64,000 bases of DNA. Origin: a bacterium. GTDB lineage: Bacteria > 4484-113. Made by a program: the position numbers and the translations under genes. The stretch lies in assembly GCA_021163765.1 (NCBI GenBank), contig JAGGTK010000053.1, positions 8,017 to 72,016 of the forward strand, read 5' to 3'. The notes under the pieces were generated by a model. The model was given only the letters and a program-made list of their open reading frames with translations, did not search any database and was not told the origin of the DNA. Positions 48,478 through 58,821 of this stretch are shown piece by piece (the stretch's first letter is position 1; every line of letters begins with the position of its first letter).

Positions 48478-50154
48478 TTATGCGAAGCGACGCAGGAACT
48501 CCTCAGCCAGAGCACGGCCCTCCCTGTGTTCTGCATCTCCAAGCATTCTGGCTACAGCGCGGACTCTGCTGGCGCCTGATAGCTCGTTGACGGCAATGCT
48601 GGTCTTCCTGGTCCCGGAGGTCTTTACCACGTCCAGATGCCGATGCCCGGCTGCCGCGACCGCAGCAAGATGTGTGACGGCTATCACCTGGTGTTCCTTG
48701 GAAAGGTCTCTTAGGACACTTGCGACATTAAACGCTGCGTCCCCTCCAACGCCCGCTTCTATTTCGTCGAACACAATAGTAGTATACGACAGTTGCCTTT
48801 GAAGCGCTGCTTTCACAGCCAGAAGCAGCCGTGCAGCTTCTCCCCCTGACGCCACCTCCGCCAGCGGCCGGGCGGGCTGTCCGGGATTCAGGCAGACGAT
48901 GAACTCCACGTGACCCAACCCGTGCTCCCTCAGATCGTCAAGCTCCGGCTCGTCCGGCTCACTTATCTCCACAATAAATTGAGCGGTGGGGAATCCCAGT
49001 CGCTCCAGGTACTGTTGAACGGCCTTTTCCAGTTTCCGTGAGATTTCGCGCCTTCTCTGATTAATGCCAACGGCAGCATGGAGAAGCTTCTCGCCGAGCG
49101 CGTCAACACGCACCTGAAGTGCCTCCACCTGCTCGGGTGTAGCACTTAGAGCCTCCAGTTTCGCGCGAGAATCCGCCAGAAGCTTTGGTAGCTCATCCGC
49201 TGACACCCTATACTTGTGTTCCAGCCGCTGAATTTCATCCAGCCGCCGTCGCAGCTTATCCGTCTCGTCCGCGCTGTGCTCCTGGATCTCCGCAATCTCA
49301 CCGAGCAGTTGACTGGCTTCTGTAATTCCTTCCATCAAGGATGTGAGCGTTTGAATTACTCCTTCCAGCCGCGCTTCCAGACGCGCATCATTGACCAGAG
49401 CAGATAGCTCATCTTTTGCCCGGGCGATGAGGTCAAACGCGGAAGAAGCGTCATCTTCATCCTCGAATAGCAGATGCGAGGCTCTTGAAACCCGCTGAAG
49501 GATTTCTTCCGCATGCTCCTGCACGTAGAGTTCTGTGGAAACCTGCTCCTTTTCACCCGCGCTTACGTTAGCCTCTGCAAGTTCAGAGACCTGAAACTCC
49601 AGGTAATTGCGCTCGTCTTCGCCTCTGCGCACAGCTTCCCGGCACAGAGCGAGTTCCTTGCGGCTGGAATTCAACTCAGAATATCGGGCACGGAAAGCTG
49701 ATACGCTTTTTTTGAAATCAGAATCACCAAAGGCATCGAGAAGCTCACGGTGGAAGCCTGTCCGGAATATCTCCTGTTGTGAGAACTGGCTGCTGATGTC
49801 GATGAGCGGGGCGACAATCTCGCGAAGGGCGGCAACTTTGACGGGTTTGCCGTTCAGGGTCAAGCTGCCGCGTCCGCTCCGGCTGAATGTCCGCATCAGC
49901 GTGAGCTTCCGGGGCACTCCCGTCTGACTTGCGATTGGTGGCGTAAACTGGAATTCCGCGCGCACGGAGCACCTGTCACCATACTGCCCAATGATTGTCT
50001 GGTTAGGACGTTTGCCCAACGCAAACGATATGGCATCAAGCACGAGTGTCTTTCCTGCACCGCTCTGGCCTGTGAGAACATTCAATCCCGGGGTGAATTC
50101 CACACTCAGGTCCCGCAGAAGTGAGAAGTTCGCAACGTGAAGCTCGGTAAGCAC
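48478..50154 (-). CDS. recN: DNA repair protein RecN
   Basis: SMC-like N-terminus LNVLTGQSGAGKT, long coiled coil, C-terminal signature/Walker B; GTG start at 50154 avoids overlap with nadK. Confidence 0.85.
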   Translation of the reverse strand: MLTELHVANFSLLRDLSVEFTPGLNVLTGQSGAGKTLVLDAISFALGKRPNQTIIGQYGDRCSVRAEFQFTPPIASQTGVPRKLTLMRTFSRSGRGSLTLNGKPVKVAALREIVAPLIDISSQFSQQEIFRTGFHRELLDAFGDSDFKKSVSAFRARYSELNSSRKELALCREAVRRGEDERNYLEFQVSELAEANVSAGEKEQVSTELYVQEHAEEILQRVSRASHLLFEDEDDASSAFDLIARAKDELSALVNDARLEARLEGVIQTLTSLMEGITEASQLLGEIAEIQEHSADETDKLRRRLDEIQRLEHKYRVSADELPKLLADSRAKLEALSATPEQVEALQVRVDALGEKLLHAAVGINQRRREISRKLEKAVQQYLERLGFPTAQFIVEISEPDEPELDDLREHGLGHVEFIVCLNPGQPARPLAEVASGGEAARLLLAVKAALQRQLSYTTIVFDEIEAGVGGDAAFNVASVLRDLSKEHQVIAVTHLAAVAAAGHRHLDVVKTSGTRKTSIAVNELSGASRVRAVARMLGDAEHREGRALAEEFLRRFA

Positions 50155-50161
50155 GTGGTTT

Positions 50162-51004
50162 TCAGCCGTTCTCCCGTTTGAACTCAAACCCCCAGCCGAA
50201 CTTCTCACGCAACACTGAGAAGAACCTGGGCAGCGCCAGCCGGGCTACCTTTAACGGTGGCTTGTGCAGAGTTACGCTGACGGTGTCACCGGGGACCAAT
50301 TGCCCGATTTTCCGTCCATCCATGGACATAAACGTATCCGGCGTTTCCTTCTCAACCCTTAGGCCGATAGTTCTAGCGCCATCTACGACATAGGGCTTTG
50401 CGTACAGAGTATGAGCGCAGATAGGCGTTATCACCATGCTCTCCATCGTGGGCTCCAGCAATGGTCCCCCGGCGGACAGGGAGTAAGCAGTGGAGCCAGT
50501 TGCTGATGCCACAATAATCCCGTCAGCCTTGAAATTGGCGAGAACTTCCCCGTCAATCGACACGGTGACTACCACCAGTTGGGTGATCTCGGACTTTCCA
50601 ACGACCACGTCATTGACTGCAATGTGAGTCCTTGCAGGAACACCGTCCTTGACAATGGTGCACTCCAGAATGTGCCTCAGCTCGGTCTCGTATCGTTCGT
50701 TACGAATGCAGTCAAGGACCTCCGGTAGCTTTTCGATGGGCTGCTGGCAGAGAAACCCTAGATGGCCCATCTCCACGCCGATGATGGGAATACCAAGCTG
50801 CACTGCAACCATAGCGCCCGCGAGGAAAGTGCCATCGCCCCCGATTACAAGGACAAACTCCCCTTCCGGCAGCTTATCGCGGGATGCCGGGAGAAAATGC
50901 GGCAGAACCTCGAAACCGATGTCTTCGTGGGCGAGATGAGGGAATACCTCATCGTTCAAGAATTCCTGGCTAAGGTCAGGATGAACTTGAAGCAGCACAC
51001 GCAT
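50162..51004 (-). CDS. nadK: NAD+ kinase
   Basis: GGDGT motif; conserved nadK-recN order. Confidence 0.85.
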   Translation of the reverse strand: MRVLLQVHPDLSQEFLNDEVFPHLAHEDIGFEVLPHFLPASRDKLPEGEFVLVIGGDGTFLAGAMVAVQLGIPIIGVEMGHLGFLCQQPIEKLPEVLDCIRNERYETELRHILECTIVKDGVPARTHIAVNDVVVGKSEITQLVVVTVSIDGEVLANFKADGIIVASATGSTAYSLSAGGPLLEPTMESMVITPICAHTLYAKPYVVDGARTIGLRVEKETPDTFMSMDGRKIGQLVPGDTVSVTLHKPPLKVARLALPRFFSVLREKFGWGFEFKRENG

Positions 51005-51129
51005 CGTATGGATGATTCTACTGTAACGCTAGCTACAAGTAAACATTTATCGCCCTGCCCTTCACCAGTTGCGCAGTGTTTCACCAGCAGGTATAATAAG
51101 GTATTCGGCTTTGAGACTGGGCATAGGGG

Positions 51130-51672
51130 ATGTACGGCACAAAGGTACTGATAGGACTACTCATAGCCACAACGGTGGCAATTACGGTCGCACTGCTCAC
51201 GCCGGTTATCGGTGCCTTTGGCAGGCAAGGCACGTCTTTCGCCTGGGACAGCCACAGGGTCGAATTCTGGGAGGTTGTGGACTACCGAGTTGTTAAAAGG
51301 GAGCCGAGCGAGGAAAACGGCCAGAAAAAACTCATAGTTCGCATCACTATGCTGCCAGGGCCTACCACAGATCAAGTGAGGAACACTCTCCTTAAGGTTT
51401 TGAAAGACGAAGCCGAGAATGACAGTGGCCTAGGGGCGATCATGGTGCTCGCATACACGACTGAAGACCTGCAATATATTGGCTACGACGGCACTCTCGG
51501 TAAGGCTATCTGGGGACCATGCGGCAGATTCTATTACCTGCCTGACAGTAACGAGCCATACCGCATCGACTATTATCCGGGCAAGGAGATACCGAAATTC
51601 AAGCGTCCGAAACGCCGCAGCTCAGGCGGAGGAGGCGGCGGCAGCAGCGGGGGCGGAGGATGCGGCGGATGA
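51130..51672 (+). CDS. membrane-anchored hypothetical protein with Gly-rich C-terminal tail (paralog 1)
   Basis: N-terminal TM helix; AIWGPCGRFYY motif; tail SGGGGGGSSGGGGCGG. Confidence 0.5.
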   Translation: MYGTKVLIGLLIATTVAITVALLTPVIGAFGRQGTSFAWDSHRVEFWEVVDYRVVKREPSEENGQKKLIVRITMLPGPTTDQVRNTLLKVLKDEAENDSGLGAIMVLAYTTEDLQYIGYDGTLGKAIWGPCGRFYYLPDSNEPYRIDYYPGKEIPKFKRPKRRSSGGGGGGSSGGGGCGG

Positions 51673-51727
51673 TAACCGCGATGCCCCAGGTGCTGGGGCG
51701 TCCTTACAGGACTGGGGATTAACAATA

Positions 51728-52276
51728 ATGCCACATGTCGGATCAGGCGGCGGTCTCTCGTTTCGCACAGGCTGGCAGCTTGCTGTCTTCTATGTTCTCC
51801 TGCTGGTAGCAGTCATAGTCTTCGGCATACTTCTATATGGTTATCTGACTACACCGGTGGTGCGTTTCCAGGATTACGGCTATGCACTGGAATGCGCGGT
51901 TCAGCCATTGAAATACGACGAGACCATCCAGACGGAACCAAAGGGCAAAGCCGCAACGGTCAATATCGCATTGCCCAACAATGTAGCGCTTGAGGAAGCC
52001 CAGGCCAGCATGGTTGTCGCTATGCGCGAGATTTACCGGCGCCGGCCCGATCTGGACGTGATAGTCGTATACGCGTATCACGAGCTTAACTTCGGCAAGG
52101 GCTCGTACTTCTCGCTTGGCCACGCCATATGGGGCCCTAAAGGCCGGGCAGCCCCGGTTGTCCATCGTCGGAGAAAGGACGATTACGAGATTTCCTTCCA
52201 CTGGACAACAAGCCTGCCGACACTTGCCGACCGCCGGCTTGAAGAAGCCAGGCGAAAAAAGCAGCAACCCGGCTAG
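51728..52276 (+). CDS. membrane-anchored hypothetical protein (paralog 2)
   Basis: ATG 51728 (MPHVGSGGG) followed by TM helix; AIWGPKGRA motif; longer ORF from 51479 would overlap paralog 1. Confidence 0.5.
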   Translation: MPHVGSGGGLSFRTGWQLAVFYVLLLVAVIVFGILLYGYLTTPVVRFQDYGYALECAVQPLKYDETIQTEPKGKAATVNIALPNNVALEEAQASMVVAMREIYRRRPDLDVIVVYAYHELNFGKGSYFSLGHAIWGPKGRAAPVVHRRRKDDYEISFHWTTSLPTLADRRLEEARRKKQQPG

Positions 52277-52320
52277 GCTCCTCGCCGTATTCCGCTGCAC
52301 AGCGGCAACACGCCTGAGGC

Positions 52321-53661
52321 TTAGAGCACCGAGAAGTACCGCTTCAGCTCCCACTCGCTGACATGCATCTGGTAATCCGACCATTCTCGGTACTTTAGTT
52401 CAAGAAACTGCTCGGTTACCTCATCGCCGAGAACCTCCCGGACGAACTCGCTGCGCTTGATACAGTGCAAAGCTTCGTGCAGGTTGCTCGGCAGGCTCTT
52501 TATCCCTCTTTTCTCTCGTTCGAGCTCGGTTAGGCCGTAAAGGTTCTCCAGAACGGGAGTTTCCAGCTCTAATTCGTCTTCTATCCCCTTCAGCCCCGCC
52601 GCCAGCATTAGCGCAAACGCGAAGTAGAAATTGCACGACGGGTCCGCACACCTGAGTTCACAGCGCACGCTAGAAGTCTTGCCTGGCACAAACGCCGGAA
52701 CTCTAATCAAAGCTGACCGGTTCACCGGGCTCCAGGAGATATATACAGGCGCTTCGTAACCGGGGATCAGCCGCTTGTACGAGTTGACATACTGGGCGAG
52801 GAAACCGGTAATTTCCCGCGCGTACTTAAGCAAGCCTGCTATGAAGCTTTTAGCGCAATCAGACAGCTTGAACTCGTCCTCAGAATCGTAAAAGGCGTTC
52901 TCGCCTTTCTTAAACAACGACTGGTGAATATGCATTCCGCTGCCGTTAACACCGAAAAGCGGCTTTGGCATGAACGTTATATAGTGCCCGCGACTGTGGG
53001 CCACTTGCTTGGCGATGTACTTGTAAGTGATTGCTGAGTCTGCCATTCGGAGCGCTTCAGTGAACCGCAGGTCGATTTCATGCTGTGATGGCGCAACCTC
53101 GTGATGATGGTACTCCACGTCAATGCCCATGGCGCTTAGGCGGGTCATAATTTCCGTTCGAAGGCTGCTGCCCATATCTACCGGCGGGCTGGTAAAGTAG
53201 GTTCCATCGTCCAGAGGTTGCGGCGGTGGCTCTATAGACTTGAACACGAAAAACTCCAGCTCAGGCCCAACGTAATACGTGAATCCCATTTTCTCTGCTC
53301 GCGCCAACTGACGGCGCAATACATGTCTCGGGTCGTGAGCGAACGGCTTCCCGCCCGGTGTCATAATGTCGGCAAACAACCGAGCTTCGGGATTCCCGCC
53401 ATCCATCACCGGTATCAGCGAGAATGTCTCGATATCCGGGAAAGCTGTCAGGTCGCTCTCCTCAATAGCATTGAAGCCCGTTATTGAGGAGCCGTCGAAG
53501 TTCATCCCGACTTCCAGCGCGCGATCCAGCTCTGAAGGCGCCATGGCGAAGCCCTTCAGATGGCCTTCTAGGTCAACGAACCACAGCCAGACCGTCCTTA
53601 CCTTTTCCCGGGCTACAATGTCACGTATCTCATCGGCACTCAGTTTCTTCTGTTTGGTCAC
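52321..53661 (-). CDS. glnA: glutamine synthetase (type I)
   Basis: GS beta-grasp and catalytic domains (GPELEFFVF, NGSGMHIHQS, NSYKRLIPGYEAP). Confidence 0.88.
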   Translation of the reverse strand: MTKQKKLSADEIRDIVAREKVRTVWLWFVDLEGHLKGFAMAPSELDRALEVGMNFDGSSITGFNAIEESDLTAFPDIETFSLIPVMDGGNPEARLFADIMTPGGKPFAHDPRHVLRRQLARAEKMGFTYYVGPELEFFVFKSIEPPPQPLDDGTYFTSPPVDMGSSLRTEIMTRLSAMGIDVEYHHHEVAPSQHEIDLRFTEALRMADSAITYKYIAKQVAHSRGHYITFMPKPLFGVNGSGMHIHQSLFKKGENAFYDSEDEFKLSDCAKSFIAGLLKYAREITGFLAQYVNSYKRLIPGYEAPVYISWSPVNRSALIRVPAFVPGKTSSVRCELRCADPSCNFYFAFALMLAAGLKGIEDELELETPVLENLYGLTELEREKRGIKSLPSNLHEALHCIKRSEFVREVLGDEVTEQFLELKYREWSDYQMHVSEWELKRYFSVL

Positions 53662-53851
53662 ATATCCCCCACATTTTACAGGTTAGTTAGCTATACTAGT
53701 CAGGCTATCTGAGCAGGTCAATGTAGAAATTCACCCGACAAGCTAATGTCCTGCTTTGCACGGCGTCTTAATTGTGCTAAAGTAACCTTCCCGCCTTGAA
53801 TCCGGCGGGTTTGTTGTTTATGCAGAACGGAGAACTCATTGTGGCGATAAT

Positions 53852-54313
53852 ATGGGTAGCGGGACAATCAATATCACCAACCGGAAGGCCCGCTTCAAGT
53901 ACGAGATCCTCGACAGATATGAAGCGGGGCTAGCGCTCAAGGGAAGCGAGGTGAAATCCGTGCGCGCAGGAGGAATCTCACTTGCCGAAGCTTACTGCAG
54001 GTTCGTGCAGAATGAACTCTTCCTGTTTGACTGCCATATCGCACCCTACCCCCAGGCCGGCAGGCACGGAGTGCTGCCTCCAACACGCCCGAGAAAACTC
54101 CTGCTGCATCGGTCGCAGCTTAAACGGCTTCAGGGACAGGTCGCCACACGCGGTTTAACGATAGTTCCCCTTCGTGTTTATGATAAGGAAGGCCGGGTAA
54201 AGGTCGAAATCGGGCTTGCGCGTGGCAAGAAGGCGGTTGATAAGCGCCGGACAATCAAAAAACGCGACATTGAACGAGAAGAACGCACTCACAGGAGGAA
54301 ACTCAGGCTATGA
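53852..54313 (+). CDS. smpB: SsrA-binding protein
   Basis: SmpB family homology incl. basic C-terminal tail. Confidence 0.88.
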   Translation: MGSGTINITNRKARFKYEILDRYEAGLALKGSEVKSVRAGGISLAEAYCRFVQNELFLFDCHIAPYPQAGRHGVLPPTRPRKLLLHRSQLKRLQGQVATRGLTIVPLRVYDKEGRVKVEIGLARGKKAVDKRRTIKKRDIEREERTHRRKLRL

Positions 54314-55164
54314 GTGCGCCTCCGCTGAATCAGCCTTTATCCAGGCCGGACCCCACCCTGCCGGTGGGGATGTTCGACTCAGGCGTAGGCGGCTTTACAG
54401 TATTTCGGGAATTGAAGAAGGTGCTGCCTAACGAGCCGGTAGTTTACTACGGCGATACAGCCAATATCCCTTATGGAGACAGGGATCCACAGCTCATACG
54501 AAAATGGGCGAAGAATATACTGGCGTTTCTGCTTCAGAAGAACGTGAAGGCTATCGCAATTGCATGTAACATAAGTTCAAGCGTCCTCACAGCCGAAGAC
54601 CTTGCTCAAGTCCCGGTGCCTGTATTCGGCCTGGTCTACAACGGTGCTGCGGCAGCGCTTCAAGCCACTAAGAACTCGCGCATTGGCGTTATTGCCACAG
54701 CAGCAACAGTTGAGACAGGCTCATACGTAAGAACCATCCGCAGTTTCAATCCGCGCGCTGAGGTGACACAGAGCGCCTGCCCGAAATTCGTGCCTTTTAC
54801 AGAAAGTGGTGTTTTTAACGGAAACGAGGTCGATAAAGCGGTGCGAGAGTATATTGCGCCACTTAAAGAGAAGGGCGTTGACACTGTCATCTATGGCTGC
54901 ACCCATTATCCTTTGCTGGAGCAGGCCATTACGAAGCATCTCGATGGCGTCCAGATGATTGATCCTGCTGTCGAAATCGTGGAGGAACTTGCGGCATACC
55001 TGCATACGAACGACCTGCTTCATTCCGCCACGCGGCAGGATGACATGATCTACGCCAGCGACCTCAACGAGCACTTCTTCTCAACCGCTGAACTCTTCCT
55101 GAACCGCGACATCCGCCCACTGACACAAGAAGTGAAGCTAAACCTTCCTGAGCAAAAGGCTTAG
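54310..55164 (+). CDS. murI: glutamate racemase
   Basis: VGMFDSGVGG N-terminus and Asp/Glu racemase motifs. Confidence 0.85.
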   Translation: MSAPPLNQPLSRPDPTLPVGMFDSGVGGFTVFRELKKVLPNEPVVYYGDTANIPYGDRDPQLIRKWAKNILAFLLQKNVKAIAIACNISSSVLTAEDLAQVPVPVFGLVYNGAAAALQATKNSRIGVIATAATVETGSYVRTIRSFNPRAEVTQSACPKFVPFTESGVFNGNEVDKAVREYIAPLKEKGVDTVIYGCTHYPLLEQAITKHLDGVQMIDPAVEIVEELAAYLHTNDLLHSATRQDDMIYASDLNEHFFSTAELFLNRDIRPLTQEVKLNLPEQKA

Positions 55165-55191
55165 CGCTGGTCACCTGCTATACTCTAAGTT

Positions 55192-55917
55192 ATGCCGGTG
55201 AAGCGCACAGATGGACGAAGGACGGACGAACTGCGCCCTGTATCTTTTGAGGCTAACTACTTCCGCGACCACGCCACACTCGTCTCCTACGGCGAGACGC
55301 GCGTCCTGTGCTACGCGAGCATCGATGAACGCGTTCCTGGCTGGCTTCTCGGCTCAGGGCACGGCTGGATCACTGCGGAATACAACATGCTCCCGACGGC
55401 CTCCTACCCGCGACAGAACCGCGAGCGAAACGCGACCGGCGGGCGCACCAGTGAGATCCAGCGTCTGATTGGACGCGCGCTGCGGGCGTCCTCTCATCTC
55501 AGTCTTCTTCCCCCCCTGACCATCAAGATCGACTGCGATGTCATCATTGCAGACGGCGGCACGAGAACGGCGGCAATAACCGGCGCATTTGTCAGCCTGG
55601 CCTCGCTGATCTATGCCGAGCGCCACCGGTTCGCCAAATCCCCACTGAAGGCCCAGGTGGCAGCAGTGTCTGTCGGCCTTCGAAACGGCGAGCCACTGCT
55701 GGATCTGGACTACAAGGAGGACAGCTCCTGCGAAGTGGACGGCAATGTTGTGAAAACGAGCACCGGCGAACTGGTTGACCTTAGCTTCACCGCAGAGCAC
55801 CGCTGCTTCAGCCAGGACGAGCTTTCGGCCCTGCTGAAGCTTGCGGATGTGGGCTTGGCCTCGATATTCGCCGAGCAGGCAAAACTCCTTCCTGAACGGC
55901 TTGAGTACAGCCCCTGA
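55192..55917 (+). CDS. rph: ribonuclease PH
   Basis: RNase PH family (GETRVLC, TGGRTSEIQRLIGRALRA). Confidence 0.88.
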   Translation: MPVKRTDGRRTDELRPVSFEANYFRDHATLVSYGETRVLCYASIDERVPGWLLGSGHGWITAEYNMLPTASYPRQNRERNATGGRTSEIQRLIGRALRASSHLSLLPPLTIKIDCDVIIADGGTRTAAITGAFVSLASLIYAERHRFAKSPLKAQVAAVSVGLRNGEPLLDLDYKEDSSCEVDGNVVKTSTGELVDLSFTAEHRCFSQDELSALLKLADVGLASIFAEQAKLLPERLEYSP

Positions 55918-55978
55918 GCGCCACAGACGGCGAGGATTACCCCGCCGTCTCTGGAATAAGTCTGATTATATGCCGCTG

Positions 55979-56161
55979 CTACTCGTCTTTGAGCACAGGC
56001 GCGTCAACCGGGCAAACCTCGGCGCACTCGCCGCACTCTGTGCAGAGGTCTTCGTCAATCTCCGCCTTGGTAGCGCCCTCAGGCACAGAGATTGCCTCAA
56101 CCGGGCAAACGTCAATACACTCTTTGTGTAACGCGCACTTGTCCGTAATCACATATGTCAT
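55979..56161 (-). CDS. small 2x[4Fe-4S] ferredoxin
   Basis: 60 aa with two cluster-binding motifs (CIDVCP, CTECGECAEVCP). Confidence 0.8.
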   Translation of the reverse strand: MTYVITDKCALHKECIDVCPVEAISVPEGATKAEIDEDLCTECGECAEVCPVDAPVLKDE

Positions 56162-56273
56162 CGAGTTACCTCCGAAAAAAAAGAGTGTTCAGCAGGCGGG
56201 GGACACCCATCCTGCCGCGTATCAAGTATTACAGTATGCACACACATAGATTCTCGCGGCGCAGGCCACTCAG

Positions 56274-57404
56274 TTACTTCTCCATCTCGCGGATAATCGC
56301 CGCAGCGTATTCGCTGCACTTAGCCGCAGTCGGGTCATCCCGGTTTTCACGCATGTCGTAGGTAGTGTATTTGCCTTCCTTAATGACCGCCGCAACCGCG
56401 TTCTCCAGCCGGTCGGCGGCTTCCGTCTCACCCAGATGCCTTAGCATCAGCATCCCGGAGAGAATCATAGCGCTTGGATTCACCTTGTCCATACCTTTGT
56501 ACTTCGGAGCGCTGCCGTGAGTCGCCTCGAACACAGCGTACTCATCCCCTATATTCGCACCTGGAGCAACACCCAGGCCGCCGACAAGCCCCGCAGACAA
56601 ATCACTCAGGATATCTCCGTAGAAGTTGGGGAGCACCAGAATATCGTAGAGCTCCGGCTTCTGCACCAGTTGCATGCACATGTTATCTACGATGCGGTCC
56701 TCGAACTCCACGTCCCCACCTTCGTATACCACCCATCCCTCAGCTTTATGGACCACTTTCACGCCGTTTTCTTCCGCAACCTCCCGCCCGACCTTGAGCC
56801 ACAGGCCGTCGCTGTATTTCATAATATTCGCCTTGTGGACGATTGTGACCTTTTTGCGGTTGTACTTGCGTGCGTAGTCGAACGCCCACTGCACAATGCG
56901 ACGTGTGCCGGAAACGGAAATCGGTTTCAGGGATATCCCGGAATCCTCACGGATTTTCCCGGCGCCAGATTCCTCCGCGAACTTGATAAGCTGCGCCGTT
57001 TCGGGCTTTCCCTGCTCGAATTCCACACCAGCATAGAGGTCCTCCGTGTTCTCACGGACGATTATAATGTCGACATTATCGTAGCGGCTGCGCACGCCCG
57101 GATAGTACTTGCACGGGCGCAGGCAGACGTACAGGTTGAGCATCTTGCGAAGCGCGACGTTCACGCTGCGGAATCCGTGGCCAACGGGGGTGGTAATAGG
57201 CCCTTTCAACGCGACCTTCGTTTCACGGATCGAATCGACAACGTGGTCTGGCAGTGGAGATCCGTATTTCTCCATCACGTCAACGCCGGCTTCCATCTCG
57301 ACCCAGTCGAATTCGACGCCGGTGGCGTCAAGCACCTTTTTTGTGACGGCAACAATCTCCGGACCTGTGCCGTCGCCTGAAATAAGTGTTACAGGATACG
57401 CCAT
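56274..57404 (-). CDS. icd: isocitrate dehydrogenase (isocitrate/isopropylmalate dehydrogenase family)
   Basis: [28 protein letters not shown] resembles IDH substrate-binding region. Confidence 0.78.
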   Translation of the reverse strand: MAYPVTLISGDGTGPEIVAVTKKVLDATGVEFDWVEMEAGVDVMEKYGSPLPDHVVDSIRETKVALKGPITTPVGHGFRSVNVALRKMLNLYVCLRPCKYYPGVRSRYDNVDIIIVRENTEDLYAGVEFEQGKPETAQLIKFAEESGAGKIREDSGISLKPISVSGTRRIVQWAFDYARKYNRKKVTIVHKANIMKYSDGLWLKVGREVAEENGVKVVHKAEGWVVYEGGDVEFEDRIVDNMCMQLVQKPELYDILVLPNFYGDILSDLSAGLVGGLGVAPGANIGDEYAVFEATHGSAPKYKGMDKVNPSAMILSGMLMLRHLGETEAADRLENAVAAVIKEGKYTTYDMRENRDDPTAAKCSEYAAAIIREMEK

Positions 57405-57577
57405 GCACTACTCCTCGCTAATGGGATTGGCAGCGCCATATCTTATTAGATTGTGCGCGTTTTTACAAGGTGGCAGAGAGGAATATGGCAAGATTCCTCC
57501 CCCATGCAAGGGCGAGCGAATGGATGGCTGCGGATGCAGCAAAAGGCCGGAATTAGCGTCAGCGGATTACTTTGCGG

Positions 57578-58027
57578 CTAGCCGGACGGGAAAGCGCCTT
57601 CCAGCCCCCCGGCACCTGCCATGCCTGCAGCGAACATCGCTGCAAACATCGTGAACCACAGGATGACGAACACGACGGTTCCAATCAGCCAGATGAAGAA
57701 CATCACCTTGCCCATCGTGTTGAGCACACGCTGGGTAGCCTGATACTCCTCGGCGTTTTTGAAAGTGCCGGAATTCCATGCGTACTCGTGTCCTTTGATG
57801 GCCACGAATAGCATAACGCCCAAGAATACGAGGAAGTTCAGGAATGGAATCCATCCAAGAACTACCATTCCTACCAGAAGACCTACACCTAGCCCGACGT
57901 TGTTGTGTCCGATGAGATAAAGCCAGTTAAACATGAAGCCTGCCCAGCTCCACTGGCCAACCAGCTCGGGCGCACCCGAAGACGGCGGTGTCATCTGAGC
58001 TTCAGGTTGAGTACCCATATCATCCAT
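57578..58027 (-). CDS. hypothetical integral membrane protein (3-4 TM)
   Basis: hydrophobic segments, no motif. Confidence 0.5.
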   Translation of the reverse strand: MDDMGTQPEAQMTPPSSGAPELVGQWSWAGFMFNWLYLIGHNNVGLGVGLLVGMVVLGWIPFLNFLVFLGVMLFVAIKGHEYAWNSGTFKNAEEYQATQRVLNTMGKVMFFIWLIGTVVFVILWFTMFAAMFAAGMAGAGGLEGAFPSG

Positions 58028-58118
58028 GTAAAAGCCCTCCCCTCTGAATTGATGCTCATCATTCTAAGTGAATGACGCCTTGCCGGTCAAGCGTTCAGCT
58101 GGAGAATTAGGCGATATA

Positions 58119-58799
58119 ATGACGCCCGTGACACTGGTTAGATGCTACTGGCTCGGACGCGCAGGATATAAACAGGTATGGGACCTGCAGCTCGCGCTGC
58201 ATTCCCGCATAATCGCCGGCAATCAGCCACCGACACTCCTCCTGCTGGAGCATAAGCCTGTTATCACTGTCGGGCGGCACGGCGATACATCCAATGTATA
58301 CCTTTCAGAGAACGAGCTTTCTGCAAAGGGCGTGGAACTGCACCGCATCGAGCGCGGGGGGGATGTAACCTACCATGGCCCAGGGCAGCTCATCGGCTAC
58401 CCGCTGCTAAACCTCAAGGAGCTTGGCCTGAGCGTGGCTGATTACCTGCGCAGCCTGGAGGAAAGCCTGATTGCGCTGCTCATTGAGCACGGCCTTGTCG
58501 CCAACCGTGAGCCAGGTTTCACCGGCGTATGGCACAAGGAAGGCAAGCTCACCGCAATCGGCATCGCTGTGAAGCGATGGGTGACTTTCCACGGTTTCGC
58601 GCTCAACGTCACAACAGACCTCAGCTATTTCGAGCTCATCAACCCTTGCGGGCTCTCCAGGCCGGTTACAAGCATCCAGCAACTAACTGGACTGTCGCCT
58701 GACTGCAAGCGGATGGCCCAGGAGTACCTGAAGGCGTTCAAGACGGCGTTCGGGGTGGAAACATCCGAGCTTATTTCAAGCTGGCCATCGCTGGAATAG
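58119..58799 (+). CDS. lipB: lipoyl(octanoyl) transferase
   Basis: LipB family (RGGDVTYHGPGQL, AIGIAVKRWVTFHGFALNV); ORF open from 58068. Confidence 0.85.
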   Translation: MTPVTLVRCYWLGRAGYKQVWDLQLALHSRIIAGNQPPTLLLLEHKPVITVGRHGDTSNVYLSENELSAKGVELHRIERGGDVTYHGPGQLIGYPLLNLKELGLSVADYLRSLEESLIALLIEHGLVANREPGFTGVWHKEGKLTAIGIAVKRWVTFHGFALNVTTDLSYFELINPCGLSRPVTSIQQLTGLSPDCKRMAQEYLKAFKTAFGVETSELISSWPSLE

Positions 58800-58821
58800 G
58801 ACTGGGACGGATTTGACCGCC

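Noticed and set aside
51479-51727. N-terminal 83-codon extension of the second membrane-protein paralog
   Set aside because: Would overlap paralog 1 in another frame and is Ala/Arg-rich; ATG 51728 followed by a TM helix mirrors paralog 1 and is the more plausible start.
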